A stretch of 64,000 bases of DNA from Octopus vulgaris (taxonomy: Eukaryota): positions 35,960,001 to 36,024,000 of the forward strand of contig OX597814.1 of assembly GCA_951406725.2 (NCBI GenBank), read 5' to 3'. Both the position numbers and the translations under genes were made by a program. This document shows, piece after piece, positions 23,219-36,353 of the stretch. Position 1 is the first letter of the stretch. Every line of letters begins with the position of its first letter. The notes beneath the pieces were generated by a model that saw nothing but the letters and a program-made list of their open reading frames with translations, was not told the DNA's origin and searched no databases.

Positions 23219-26200
23219 TGTTGTCTGTGTTTCAATAAATTCTTTCATTCACTTACAAAAAAGAAAATACAGTGTTACTCCAGATAGGTGTGAAGCCTGT
23301 TTATTCCAACTGTAAAACTCAAGACTGTAATAATAACGTAAACAAAAAGCAAAATGCCTTGTCAACATTCTCTGGAGTTCCAGAACTTTGAATTCTATTG
23401 GCTAGCAATCTCCACATCTCCCGATTGGAACTAATGCTACACTGGAAGAATCAACAATGAAGTCTCTTTCTAGGCTTGGATGTTCTTTTGGATCATCTAG
23501 ATTTTTCCGGTTCATACTCTGGGACAAGCAGTTTGGTTTTGGATAGAAGTGGTCTGGTCTGTCTCTGAGTTTGTGCCACTTCTTCCAGGATTTCCACTGG
23601 ATGATCTGTTGGAAGTTTGGAAATAATGTCAGTCTCATCACTACGTTCACAGTTCTCTACAGAAGCATAGTGTGGATATAGTTATTCCTAGTGTCTCTCC
23701 ATACCGGGCCATGAGGGTTAACCTTGATGTTGAAACAGTGAGTACCCAAAACCTTCGTGATGATTGATGCTACTCATTGGGACTGCTTGTCATGGCAAGG
23801 TCCATAGCACAGTTCATATACAGGATCACCAGTCTTGTACTGTTTAGTTACCTTAGCGACACTTCCTGAGTCTGTTGTTATCTCCGCCTTTGATGACACC
23901 TTGGATTGCTTGCCCTGAGCTTTGTGTGCTGGAGAGGGCAGCAGAGAGTCAATCCTAGTATGAACCTGCCGGGACATCAAGTATTCACTTAGAGAGAGTT
24001 CACAGGATGTCGCTGTTCTCAAGTACTGCATCAAAAACTCCTGAAGAGCTCGTTTTGGGGGCAGAGAAAACTTTTTCACTGCTTGTTTGAAAGACTGTGC
24101 CAAACAAATATTCTGCTTCTCCATTAGTAGCTGGATGGTATAGTGCACCTGTCAGGTGTGTGATCCCACATTCTTTGCACCAGCACTGAAATTCTTCAGA
24201 AAGGAAAGTTTGTGTGACCAGTGTGTGGGGATATCCAAAGTTAGCGAACTCCTCTTCCAGCAGATCTAGAGTGGCTCTAGTGGATGTGAATGACGTTGGA
24301 TGAATACATGGATATTGTGAGAAAGCGTCTATGATCACCAGCCAGTTTGTACCCATGAAGATGATGGCATGATCCATGTGTAAGTGGTTCCATGGCTTAT
24401 CTGGTAACATCCATGGGGGAACTGCAGGCTTGGATGGCTTGTTTTGATGTCTGCCACATGAGTCACATCGTCGACTAGCCATCTCAATGGCTGCATCAGT
24501 ACTGCGCCAGTAGACAGCAGTTCTTGTTAATTGCTTCATACATTCCATGCCAAAGTGTCCGATATGCATTAGATCTAGGATATTGGACTGTAGGCTCTGT
24601 TGAATCACAACTTTTGATCCATGGATGAGGCATCTGTGGTAGACACTGAGTGAATCCAACAACTTCCAGAACTTGTTGACTTCATCATTTGTCTCAGTGT
24701 GCTTCGGTGGCCACCCTTTGCAGACATAACACATCACTGTACTTATCACAGGATCTTTCCCAGATTCTTGACGGAGGATGTTTCCGTCTAAAGGTTTGAC
24801 TTGAGGACTGAGAACTCTAATGCCAGTTTGATCTGGTTGTAAGCATCAGCAAGATCAATCATCATATAACCATATCCACCTCCCAGCTTCTGCATTAATT
24901 CCTCTGGGAGTGGCATTGGATGACGGTGTTCTAGTTGATTGTTGATGCAAACTGAGTAGTCGCCACAAATCCGTAACTTGGGCTTTGGCGTGTCCAGATT
25001 ATGTGCATTGCAAATCAGTACCACTGGCGTTTGATATTTGTTGAACTGGACTTGCTTCCAGACTCCTTTTGTGATGCCTTTTTCGTAACCTTTAGCCAGG
25101 TCAGCCCGAAGAGTGAATGGAACCAGTTGTACCTTGGGAAAAACAGACTTCGCATCAGACTTGAATTTCCCTTCCAGTTTGAAATCCTTAAGACATCCCA
25201 ATTTTTCATTGCAAAGATCTGGAGATTCGTCACAGAGATTATGGAAATGTCATTGCAGGGAAGCAAGCATAAGGCTCATTAGAGGATTTAGGATGTGATG
25301 CTTTTGCACCCTTACTCTTGCCTTGACTCTCTATGCATTTCAGTCCAAGAGCATTGTCTACAGAAATTCCTAGTGTCTGGATAGCATTTCATCCCAGCAA
25401 GTTCAGGTCAAGGCTCTTGGTGACAATGTAAGGAATTGTGCTTTGTTTACCAGTCATTGGATCCTTGGTTTTGACCATGAAAGTTCCCAATACGTGCTTG
25501 CAGGCAAACTAGTAGCAATGTCTGACATCATCCACCTTCGGTTTCCCTAGTTGTTTCCAGATCAGCAAAGAAATTTAATTTCCAGCAATTTCACTGTCAA
25601 GTTACATCATGAACTGTCAGTCCTGGATTGTGATTGGCACAACTAACTTGAAACATCGCCAGGAATTTAGATTAGGATTGCTTTGACAAGCTCTGCTTTT
25701 GTGATTCTCTTCCCAGAAGGTTTTGGATGATGTTCCTGATACTGTCGTTGGTTCCTCTCTCAAACTCCTTCCAAATGTCCTTTCTTGTCACAAAAGTGGC
25801 ATCTGACTTCTTCATAAGGGCAGTTTGTCACTTTATGGGTCTTTCCACATCTGTAACACTTCAACTCAGGGTCTGTGGAATTAGAATGCTGGTGGCTTAT
25901 TCATTGACGCTTGTTCTGGGTTTGCTTGACCTTGTTGACAGGCCTGGTCTTGGAATTATAGAAAGTTTCTTTGGCAACCTTTACTGCATCTTTGGTCTCA
26001 GTTGTGACTTGGAGAGCGCGGGCAAAGTCCAGCTCTGTGTCCTTGATCTTAAAAAGAGCCTTTAAGACAGTTTTATTGTTGACAGAACATATGAATCTCT
26101 GTCTAAAAGCTTCATTTTGAGGGTCTGTGATAGCAGGAAAATTACAGGTAGCAGTGTCTTGTCGTATACATGCTGCCAGTTCCTGGAGAGTTTTGCCTGG

Positions 26201-26728
26201 CTTCCGTTGCATGTCACTCCAGAACTTGAAACGTTCTTGCACAATGCAATGTTTTGGGTTAAATTGTTCTTTCACAAAGCTGACAATTTCCTCTATTCTC
26301 AGCTCATTAATATCCTGTGGTGAACTCTGTTGAGTAGACAGATTCGCCAGTTGCTTATAAACTGGTAAGGCTCCTCAGTAACACAACCAAACCAGGAACT
26401 TTTGGAAGTTATCCATAGGCCCTGACCCAAACATTCTTCGAAACAGGCCGGCAAGTTAATCATCCTCGAAGCCCAGGGTTTCCCTCTGAGCATTGTCACA
26501 CTTAGTTTCTACCAACCTCCTACAGAATGACAAGCTGAACCCTCGCACTGGCATTACCTATCTAGGAGAGAAGCATGAGTGCCTTATGGCACTTGGCTTG
26601 CTACACTCCCTACTGTGGTCTACGGTTAATCCAAGACTTTACTAATAACATAAACAAAAATCAAGACACCTTATGAACATTCTCACAAGTTCCAGAACTT
26701 TGAATTCTATTGGCTAGTGATCTCCACA
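23219..26728 (-). mobile_element. Decayed Ty3/Gypsy LTR retrotransposon (Mag / K02A2.6-like lineage) with internal RT-RNaseH deletion
   Basis: Gag (ERFKFWSDMQRKPG; two knuckles CYRCGKTHKVTNC and CHFCDKKGHLEGV), RT start (LRICGDY, DLADAYNQIKL), integrase (HIGHFG..CDSC, PWNHLHMDHA, YHPATNGEAE). LTR remnants end in ...tctccaca at 23416 and 26728; purine-rich GGGAGA abuts the 3' LTR. Left boundary uncertain. Confidence 0.92.
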
Positions 26729-27021
26729 ACAATAACACAATAAAATTCCTAAAAGAAATACAAGTGCTATCTCAAACAAATTTTCTGTCTAATCTAGGCA
26801 GACACTTTGATGTTTCAATGTCCCTTGTTTGTAGAATAATTGTGAGAGAGATAATCTTTATCCAGAAAAATTTGCTAATATTCCAGTATTCATGGAATCA
26901 TCCTTGAAAGAGACCTATTTATGCCAAAACAAATTTTAAACAATCTATACAAGAAGTACCCTTGTAAATTTCATGGTTCATTTTCATTTTGGTAGTGTGA
27001 GCCATAAACATCTTCTCTCAT

Positions 27022-27023
<2 letters not shown>

Positions 27024-27059
<36 letters not shown>

Positions 27060-27332
27060 GTTAACGTCCTCTTTCCATGCTGGCATGGGTTGGACGGTTT
27101 GACAGGAGCTGACCAGGCAAGAGCCTACACCATGCTTCTGTATCTGTTTTGGTATGGTTTTTATGGCTGGATGTCCTCCCTAAGACCAACCACTTCACAG
27201 AATGGGCTGAGTGCTTTTTATGTGGCACTCACACAGGTGAGGTCAGTTTTTTCATGTTTTTTTACAGCTGGATGTCCTTCCAAATGCCAGACACTTTAGA
27301 GCATGGACCGGGTGCTTTTTAAATGGCACCAT
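27024..27332 (-). mobile_element. SINE family A variant
   Basis: (CAT)n followed by ttaacgtcctctttccatgctggcatgggttggacgg. Confidence 0.8.
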
Positions 27333-27660
27333 TCATCTCTCTCTTCTTTACTCTACTCTACTATCCCATCTATGCCCTGATCCCCAATCCTTGTGAGTAT
27401 ACCCTGGCACTTGCTGCCATCTGGCTCCTATTCTTCCTGTCTCCTACTCTCTCTCTCTCTCTCTCTTTCCGTTGCCCTTCCCTCTGGCCAAGTAATCATT
27501 TATCTCTTCTACAACAACAAACCTGTTTCTGTCTTTTTCTGCCAGTAATGATATCCAGTCATTTCTTTGATAATGCTTCAATGAGTGTAAGTTATGTGTT
27601 TTCTTTGGGGAACATTCACCTATGTGTATGAGTATATTTATGTGATTGTATGTGTATGCA

Positions 27661-27717
<57 letters not shown>

Positions 27718-28759
27718 ATTTGCATTGTTTTCCTGCGTTGGCAGATATAAATGTTATAAATAGATAACTAAACAGACACCCACACATACATGAGTGCTCA
27801 CTACAACAAACCAACACCTACACACACACAAAAATCTATTGGTGATAGCAGAGAGAGTGAGATCGGTTGTCATTGTTGTGTTGGTGGCAGAGACTGGCAT
27901 TGATATTGGTGAATGGAGAAAGATACAGAAAGAAAGAGAATGAGATAACTAAAGACGCAATGAATGTTACATGGCTTCTTACTTCTCAAAATCCTCACCC
28001 TTATTACTTAACATTCACCACAGTCAGCACCAACTCACTGCCTCTGTGTCTGCTACTACCATTGCCATAACAACCAAAAGTTTCTTTCTTACTATTTGAG
28101 TTACTTTCCTTAGTGTTACATTTTACGAAGATAGGAACACAGGTGTTAATATATAACTTAATCAGCTCTGGTCTTCAAATGTAATGCTTAACTATCAGAG
28201 GAAATTGGAGACAATTTATTACGCACACAGCATTATATTATTCGTAAGATAATTGACTGATGAACTATGGAACAAAATGGAAGAGATAATTTATTATAGA
28301 CAACAGGTATTAATAAGACAATTGGCTTATAAACTATGAAACACAATCAAAGAATCTATTACAGACACATTATTTATATTACTTATATTATTTTAAGACA
28401 CTTGACTAGGAAACAAATATTTTAAATCAAGTGTGAAATGTGTATTAGTGATACATATATATATATCTTAGAATTCACAATTCAGTGGGACAGCTACTAT
28501 GCTTAGCTTGCATAGACTTTGGGTTCTGTTTCAGCAATATGTATTTATTTCAGATATGAAAATAAGGAAGTAGTGTTGTGCATTTAGATATATGAAGGCA
28601 TCAACATGGTCATGGTGTGGCAGCATAGTATTATAGCTTGACTGTATTTTTGATTACATTTCATAGTTAGGATCATACAGACACACATACATACATGTAT
28701 GCATACATACATACATACATATATACATACATACATACATATACATACATACATACATA

Positions 28760-28805
<46 letters not shown>

Positions 28806-28836
<31 letters not shown>

Positions 28837-29150
28837 TTAGCGTCCGCTTTCCATGCTAGCATGGGTTGGACGGTTCAACTGGGGTCTGTGAAGCCAGAAG
28901 GCTGCATCAGGTCCAGTCTGATCTGGCAGTGTTTCTATGGCTGGATGCCCTTCCTAACGCCAACCACTCCGTGAGTGTAGTGGGTGCTTTTTACGTACCA
29001 CCCGCACAGGTGCCAGACGGAGCTGGCAAACGGCCACGGACAGATGGTGCTTTTTACGTGCCACCGGCACTGGTATCACAGCTGCAATTTCCATTGATGT
29101 TGATCGACTTCGATTTTGGTTCTGCTTTCTGATATCTGATTTGATTTGAT
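28806..29150 (-). mobile_element. Young SINE family A copy
   Basis: Near-identical to 22281-22546 over the shared part. Confidence 0.9.
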
Positions 29151-29184
29151 ATATATATATATATATATATATATGAATGTATGA

Positions 29185-29512
29185 GTGAAGGCACATGGCT
29201 CAGTGGTTAGAGTGTCGAGCTTATGATTGTGAGGTTGTGAGCTCAAATCCTGAACCGGGCTGCGTGTTGCGTTCTTGAGCATGACACTTTATTTCACGTT
29301 GCTCCAGTTTACTCAGCTATAGAAAGGAGTTGCGACGTCACAGGTCCCAAGCTGTATCGACCTTTGCCTTTCCCTTGGATAACACTAGTGGCATGGAGAG
29401 GTGAGACCTGCATGCATGGGTGGCTGCTGGTCTTCCATAAACAACCTTGCCCGGACTTGTGCCTGGGAGGGTAACTTTCTAGGTGCAATCCTATGGTCAG
29501 TAGTGGGTCTCA
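29185..29512 (+). mobile_element. tRNA-derived SINE (family C head, alternative 3' half); second copy at 37845-38150
   Basis: A box tggctcagtgg, B-box-like gctcaaatcc, shared ccaagctgtatcg..ccataaacaaccttgcc tail. Confidence 0.85.
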
Positions 29513-29521
29513 GAGATATGA

Positions 29522-29566
<45 letters not shown>

Positions 29567-29661
29567 TATATGTGCATACATACACACAAACACACATATT
29601 TGTATAGAGAGATACATATTTGTATGTACATACATATATATACATATCCTTATATATCTAT

Positions 29662-31459
29662 AGTTCTAGGTCAACTGCTCGACTGGTAATTACCCAATGG
29701 ACAACTGCCCAACAGACAACTGGCCGATAGTTGTCTGCCTGACAATCACTTTCACTTTATCTCTATCTGTCATTCATTTCACTTTATCTGTCATTTGGGT
29801 GAATTTTTTTGTACTCAAAAATTGTATCTTTCCTCAGCGTGTTGAAGTAAAGGAACACCAGGTGCTGAAAGCATCTTGCAACACTATTAACAGCGAAGCT
29901 CGTGAAACTTTTTTCATCTTAATTTGTATACAATTGTTAGTAACCATGCATTTCATTAAATCTCAATGTGGATGGCTGAAGCTCTGCTATAATGGTTATA
30001 TCTACATTAAGAACAAGTACTTGTCATCTGGAAATACGTTCTACGAATGTGAAAGCTGTCCACATAACAATTGCAAGGCCATAATTATACTGTGTGGAAG
30101 AGAAATAATCAACCAGACACACTCACGCTGCATATATTCTTTGTCAAGAGATCCTATCTGTACCTGTGGAATTGAAGGAGAAATCTATTACAACCCAGCA
30201 AACTTCACAACAAATTATAACACAAACTTTACAGAATGTTTAGGAGAAAGCCTTCACTCAACTACTGGCCATGAGTACTATTAGGCATTCAATCAGAAGT
30301 TATAAGCAAGCTATAGATGCTCCACATCCTGTACTGAGAAACGTGCATGACATGGTCATTCCAGATGAATAAAAAAAAATTTGCAATGAGGAAAAATTCT
30401 TACTTTATGATAATGACCCAGTGAAAACCTTATACTTTTGTTTTTTCTACTGAAAAAGATATGCAACTTTTGCAATCTTCAAGTGATTGGTTTAGCCATG
30501 GTACATTCAAAATAGTACCAGAACTGTTTTACCAACTCTGCTATATTCACTGTTTAATCTCTAATAGAATGATTCCTTGTGTCTTTGCCTTATTGCCAAA
30601 CAAACGTCAAGTCACTTATGAAGAACTTTTCGCCAAAATTTTTCCAGACTCTCTCAAGCAGTTTATGGGAAGGTACAGTTAGAGGGATTACAATCAAGAT
30701 ATCTAGGCAATGCTGATTTTGCTCTAAGCACTCACATGATACCAGCTTTGGCTTTTGTGCCAGCAAACAATGTTGTAACAGGATTTGAGCAATTACAAGA
30801 AAATTTGTGCCACGAAGCAGATCCAATCATTGATTATTTTGAAGATGATTATATCGGTAGAATACGACTGTGTAACAGATGCAACTCACTCCTTCCTATT
30901 TGTATGTGGAACATGTATGACTGCGCATCCAACGATTTACCATGAGCAGTTAATTCATTGGAGGGATGGCATAATCATTTACAGACAAATATAACATTAA
31001 GTATTCCAAATATCTGGCGTTTTCTTCAAGTATTGAAGATGGAACAAGAACCTAATGACACGATCATCAACCAAATGGTGGCAGGACATCAGCCTTTACC
31101 AAAAGAGAAAAATATCAAGATTTAACGAAAAGAATTGCAAATATTATGGAGGATTATGAAAATCAAGAAGTGATGGATTTTTTGAGAGGAATAGCTCATA
31201 ACTTAAAGCTTTAGATTATTTTTTTACTATTTTCCAAATTACATCATTGGTCATGATATTGATAAATTATCTGTAAATAATATTGGTTTTATAAAATTTC
31301 ATGCATTTAATTTTCTTTCTTTCATCAAGTTTTACCTCTAAAAAAATTTTCAGTTGTATTTGTCAGTCATTTGTCCATCTTGCAGTTGAGAGTTGGGTAA
31401 TTGTCCATCAGGCACTTGTCTGTCAAGCTCTTGTCAGTTGGGCAGTTGTCCGGATACCC
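29662..31459 (+). mobile_element. Mutator-like (MULE) DNA transposon relic with FLYWCH and MULE domains
   Basis: KLCYNGYIY..FYECESC (FLYWCH), WFSHGTFKIVPELFYQL..PCVFALLPNK..TY (MULE DDE start), ALAFVP, DYFEDDYIG, WNMY, NSLEGWHN; subrepeated TIRs ggacaactgccc / gggcagttgtccggatacc; stops and an internal deletion. Confidence 0.9.
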
Positions 31460-31779
31460 ATGTCTGCATGTATATATCGTTAGTAAATCATAAATCCAAA
31501 ATAGAATCACATTGTAAGTTATAGAGCTGTAGAGTAATTAAATAAAACAGTTATGGCCAGACTATGGGATTACCCAGAGTGTCACATTTGTAAAAAAATT
31601 AGCTTTACAGCATTTCTTCAGAACCTAATGGTCTGAGGGGAAGAGAAATTCAATTAAAATCCAAGTAAAAATTTTGATTGTATTTTTAATTGGATTTCGT
31701 TTCCCTTTCAAGACATAATGAAGCACAATAATATCATTAATGAGGAATATTTTTCTACTGATTGTATATTTAACCCATC

Positions 31780-31868
31780 TCTCTCTGATAAATGAAGACT
31801 CAGTTTATGGAATCTTCACTCAACATGATGTTCTAATAGCTGGATATTCTAGAAACAGCTGTTAGAGA
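31780..31868 (+). ncRNA. Decayed type-I hammerhead-like motif
   Basis: UCUCU-CUGAUAA-...-GAAA-CAGCUG-UU-AGAGA: stem I and palindromic stem III ACAGCUGU retained, G8 changed to A, stem II poor. Confidence 0.45.
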
Positions 31869-32044
31869 CTATGTAAACCTTTTAAAAATATTATATAGCT
31901 GAATTAAATGTCTTTGACAAATTTTGCCAGACCATTTGTTTTTCATTTCTGTTTTAATCAATATGTATGTATATATATATATCGCTATGGGCTCCGTGCA
32001 GACAGTCATCTAAAAGTTTTTGTGCATCTTGATGCTGACATAAG

Positions 32045-32148
32045 TTCCTTACTTTTCCTGATGAGAAGGTGGCATAATGCACCCCTTATTCCTTCGAAAT
32101 TAGGAATATGCAGCCTTCGAAACATATGTCGAAAATAAAATAAAGGAA
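32045..32148 (+). ncRNA. Apparently intact type-I hammerhead ribozyme in a ~350-bp (TA)n-flanked module (~31984-32332)
   Basis: Stem I UUUUC(32053-57)/GAAAA(32131-35) extended by UUCCUU/AAGGAA; CUGAUGA 32058-64; stem II GAAGG(32065-69)/CCUUC(32114-18); GAAA 32119-22; palindromic stem III ACAUAUGU; GUC site ending at 32130. Confidence 0.8.
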
Positions 32149-32330
32149 TTTTGTTAATTCGTCGTTCAACTCCATTCTTTCATTTATTTGTATTTAAAAA
32201 AATACACAAATTTCCATACGATAGCATGTGATCTCTGTAGCTTCAACCGTGTTTTTCTGACGTGAATTTGCTACCCAGGTATCGGTTAACCGAATTATCC
32301 ATAATAAGATAATTCATTCAACTACTCAAT

Positions 32331-32367
<37 letters not shown>

Positions 32368-32431
32368 TACAAGGAGCAAAGATACTGAAGATTCAGTATA
32401 CACCATGTGGCAAAATAATGAGTTGAAAATA

Positions 32432-32815
32432 TGTGGAAAACAAATATAAAAAAGTGGAAGAGAAATGCTTCTATTTCATATAGTTTAATATCTTTTAATA
32501 AATATGTACATATTATACAGATGTTATGAAATCCAACTGGTTTTCGCTATTTAAGTTAGGTTTTCAAGGGACATTTTACAGTAATCAATTCTCATGACAA
32601 AGGGGTCATGTCATTTTTCTTGCCAAATAATTTTAAATGACAAAACCCCTCTATCACAAGAACTGATTACTGTAAAATGTCCCTTGAAAAGCTAATTTAA
32701 ATAGCAAAAACCAGTTGGATTTCATGACATCCATATAATATGTATATATTTATAAAAAGATATTAAACTATATGAAACGAAGACATTTCTTTTTCACTTT
32801 TTATATTTTTCCACA
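32432..32815. repeat. Long imperfect palindrome (~185-bp arms, ~18-nt spacer)
   Basis: For example ttttcaagggacattttacagtaatca / tgattactgtaaaatgtcccttgaaaa and tttcatatagtttaatatctttt / aaaagatattaaactatatgaaa. Confidence 0.92.
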
Positions 32816-33509
32816 CATACATATATATATCTTTGTTTATTTATTAACATTTTGCAGAAGCCAAAGGTGACTCGAGGGCCAAGAGTTTTGCACATTGACA
32901 CTTATCGAACTTGGTGGGTTTCTATAGCTGGTTAAAATTATATTCCTCAGGTATATTCTTGAACAAAATTTTTTAAAACAATTACGATGTCACATGGATA
33001 ATTCATATTTTCTAAATAGTTTTCCTGTTATGTCATTCGATAAGCAAATACATAAATGAATAAAGGGAAATTTGTGTTCATCTTCACACACAAATTCGCA
33101 CATGCACACACGCACAACATATATTTGAGAGAGAACATATATGTGTGTGTATGTGTGTGTATGTGTGTGTGTGTGTGTATGTAAGTTCACATTTTTAATA
33201 ATTTTAATAGCATAGTCTCACAATGGAAGACTAAAGAGAGTGTGTTAACTTCTAGACATAAAGACAGAAATAATAGATAACAACTCCCAAGGTAAAAGAT
33301 TTGACAAGTGTATAACAAATAATACAATTTTCAAAGATATATTCTCCGAAGACTGCAACTTCATTACCACATTCTGCATGGACTTTGCACCATCCCAAGT
33401 CTCAAACACTTCAGAAATATTAAAATTTCAAAGGAAAGTGCGTATTTCATGGATGTCTATAAAGTTCTAACAATCTTCTAGTTTCGGAATAATTGCAAAA
33501 CTTTCATGA

Positions 33510-33693
<184 letters not shown>

Positions 33694-34237
33694 GGCAGTT
33701 AAGCAATATCTAATACTTATCTTTGACTAGTAATAGTAGCAAAACAGTTATTGTTGATCTTATTGCTTTAGTTTAAATCAAGTAAACTTATGTTGTCACT
33801 CGTTAAAACTGGTTTAGTCTTATCATTAGATAAAATATATGTATCTGACTACGTAACTGATATTTAAAATTTGTTTTCTGTTGTTTTGTTCATAGTTTTA
33901 TTTTGGAGGTATTTTCCTCTGTTCTGGAAGATAAATTATATTGGGATGATTGCACACGCACAAGAAATAAAGCATGTCTAAAACTCTTTTTTTGTCTGCC
34001 CTAGATATAAGAACAAATACTTAGTTCTCAAGTCCCATGTCTGTAAAATAATTGAGAAAAGAAATAGGTATGCATCAAAACGAATACAAGTAACACAATA
34101 AATTCTACAACTCAACATATATGATGCAGCAGTAAACAAGGAACACAGGAATTCAAACTTATAACTGCCAAAAAATGATAACTGGAAGTAACTGGAAGTA
34201 CCGATACAGATAAATGAATGTAGTGACAAAGGATAGA

Positions 34238-35936
34238 AACGTTAGCACACCAGGTGAAATGTTTAGCAGTATTTCATCTGCCGTTATGTTCTGAGTTCAA
34301 ATTCTGCCGAGGTCGACTTTGCCTTTCAATCCTTTCTGGGTCGATAAATTAAGTACCATTTATGCACTGGGGTCAATGTAATCGACTTAATCCATTTGTC
34401 TGTCCTTGTTTGTCTCCTCTGTGTTTAGCCCCTTGTGGGTAGTAAAGAAATAGGTATTTCATCAGCCATTACGTTCTGAGTTCAAATTCTGCCGAGGTTG
34501 ACTTTGCCTTTCATCATTTCAGGGTCGATAAATTAAGTACCATTTATGCACTGGGGTCAATGTAATCGACTTAATCCATTTGTCTGTCCTTGTTTGTTTG
34601 TCCCCTCTGTGTTTAGCCCCTTGTGGGTAGTAAAGAAATAGGTATTTCATCAGCTGTTACATTCTGAGTTCAAATTCTGCCGAGGTTGACTTTGCCTTTC
34701 AATCCTTTCTGAGTCGATAAATTAAGTACCATTTATGCACTGGGGTCAATGTAATCGACTTAATCCATTTGTCTGTCCTTGTTTGTCTCCTCTGTGTTTA
34801 GCCCCTTGTGGGTAGTAAAGAAATAGGTATTTCATCAGCCATTACGTTCTGAGTTCAAATTCTGCCGAGGTCGACTTTGCCTCTCATCCTTTCGGGTCGA
34901 TAAATTAAGTACCATTTATGCACTGGGGTCAATGTAATCGACTTAATCCATTTGTCTGTCCTTGTTTTTGTCTCCTCTGTGTTTAGCCCCTTGTGGGTAG
35001 TAAAGAAATAGGTATTTCATCAGCCATTACGTTCTGAGTTCAAATTCTGCCGAGGTTGACTTTGCCTCTCATCCTTTCGGGTCGATAAATTAAGTACCAT
35101 TTATGCACTGAGGTCAATGTAATCGACTTAATCCATTTGTCTTTCCTTGTTTGTTTGTCCCCTCTGTGTTTAGCCCCTTGTGGGTAGTAAAGAAATAGGT
35201 ATTTCATCAGCTGTTACATTCTGAGTTCAAATTCTGCCGAGGTTGACTTTGCCTTTCAATCCTTTCTGGGTCGATAAATTAAGTACCAGTTCACTGGGGT
35301 CGATATAATCGACTTAATCCGTTTCTCTGTCCTTGTTTGTCCCCTCTGTGTTTAGCCCCTTGTGGGTAGTAAAGAAATAGGTATTTCATCAGCTGTTACA
35401 TTCTCAGTTCAAATTCTGCCGAGGTTGACTTTGCCTTTCATCATTTCAGGGTCGTTAAATTAAGTACCAGTTACGCACTGGGGTCAATATAATCGACTTA
35501 ATCCATTTGTTTGTCCTTGTTTGTTTGTCCCCTCTGTGTTTAGCCCCTTGTGGGTAGTAAAGAAATAGGTATTTCGTCTGCCGTTATGTTCTGAGTTCAA
35601 ATTCCGCCGAGGTCGACTTTGCCTTTCAATCCTTTCTGGGTCGATAAATTAAGTACCATTTATGCACTGGGGTCAATGTAATCGACTTAATCCATTTGTC
35701 TGTTCTTGTTTGTCCCCTCTGTGTTTAGCCCCTTGTGGGTAGTAAAGAAATAGGTATTTCATCAGCTGTTACATTCTGAGTTCAAATTCTGCCGAGGTTG
35801 ACTTTGCCTTTCATCATTTCAGGGTTGATAAATTAAGTACCATTTATGCACTGGGGTCGATATAATCGACTTAATCCGTTTCTCTGTCCTTGTTTGTCCC
35901 CTCTACGTTTAGCTCCCTTGTGGGCAATAAAGAAAT
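34238..35936 (+). repeat. Tandem array of nine 182-188-bp units of tRNA-derived SINE family D, flanked by a 10-bp TSD
   Basis: Unit starts (gtatttc) at 34269, 34454, 34642, 34827, 35012, 35199, 35381, 35569, 35754; AAAGGATAGA at 34228-34237 and 35937-35946; B-box-like gagttcaaattc in each unit. Confidence 0.93.
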
Positions 35937-36353
35937 AAAGGATAGATGAAACTAATATAGAATTTGGAGATATAAAACTCTTACAATCCGAAGACAGACT
36001 GCAAACAGGAAACATCATAAAAACTTTAAAAAATGATTGTTTAATCAATCAAGCCAACCGTACATTATAAATATTCACAAGGCAAATAAATGAAATATAT
36101 ATAAGAGCCTTTCGTTAAATAATGTCTTGTAGGTCAAAATAAGGGAGAAAACTAGAAAACCTAAGACAAAGACCTCGTTTGGAAGTAAATAAATTGTCCA
36201 GCAGATAACTCACAAGAGAAAAAGATATAGCAACTATGAATGATGCTGTGATTGGGACACGAAAGCTACTCCACAAAAGTTACATTGAAGGCTTAATATT
36301 TGAGATGAACTGAAATTGAAAATTATAAAAGAAATATTAATTAAACAGTTTAA

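Noticed and set aside
24000-24749. Intact or domesticated integrase gene (249-aa ORF)
   Set aside because: The second catalytic Asp region is deleted (TLVTQTF) and the frame shifts after NGEAE; it is part of a decayed Gypsy element.
29697-30284. Host FLYWCH gene
   Set aside because: Lies within TIRs and is followed by frameshifted MULE transposase fragments.
34238-35936. CRISPR array or hammerhead retrozyme interpretation of the ~185-bp tandem array
   Set aside because: Units are repeated over their whole length with no unique spacers, and there are no cas genes. Minus-strand CUGAUGA occurs in seven of nine units but is not followed by stem II-GAAA-stem III.
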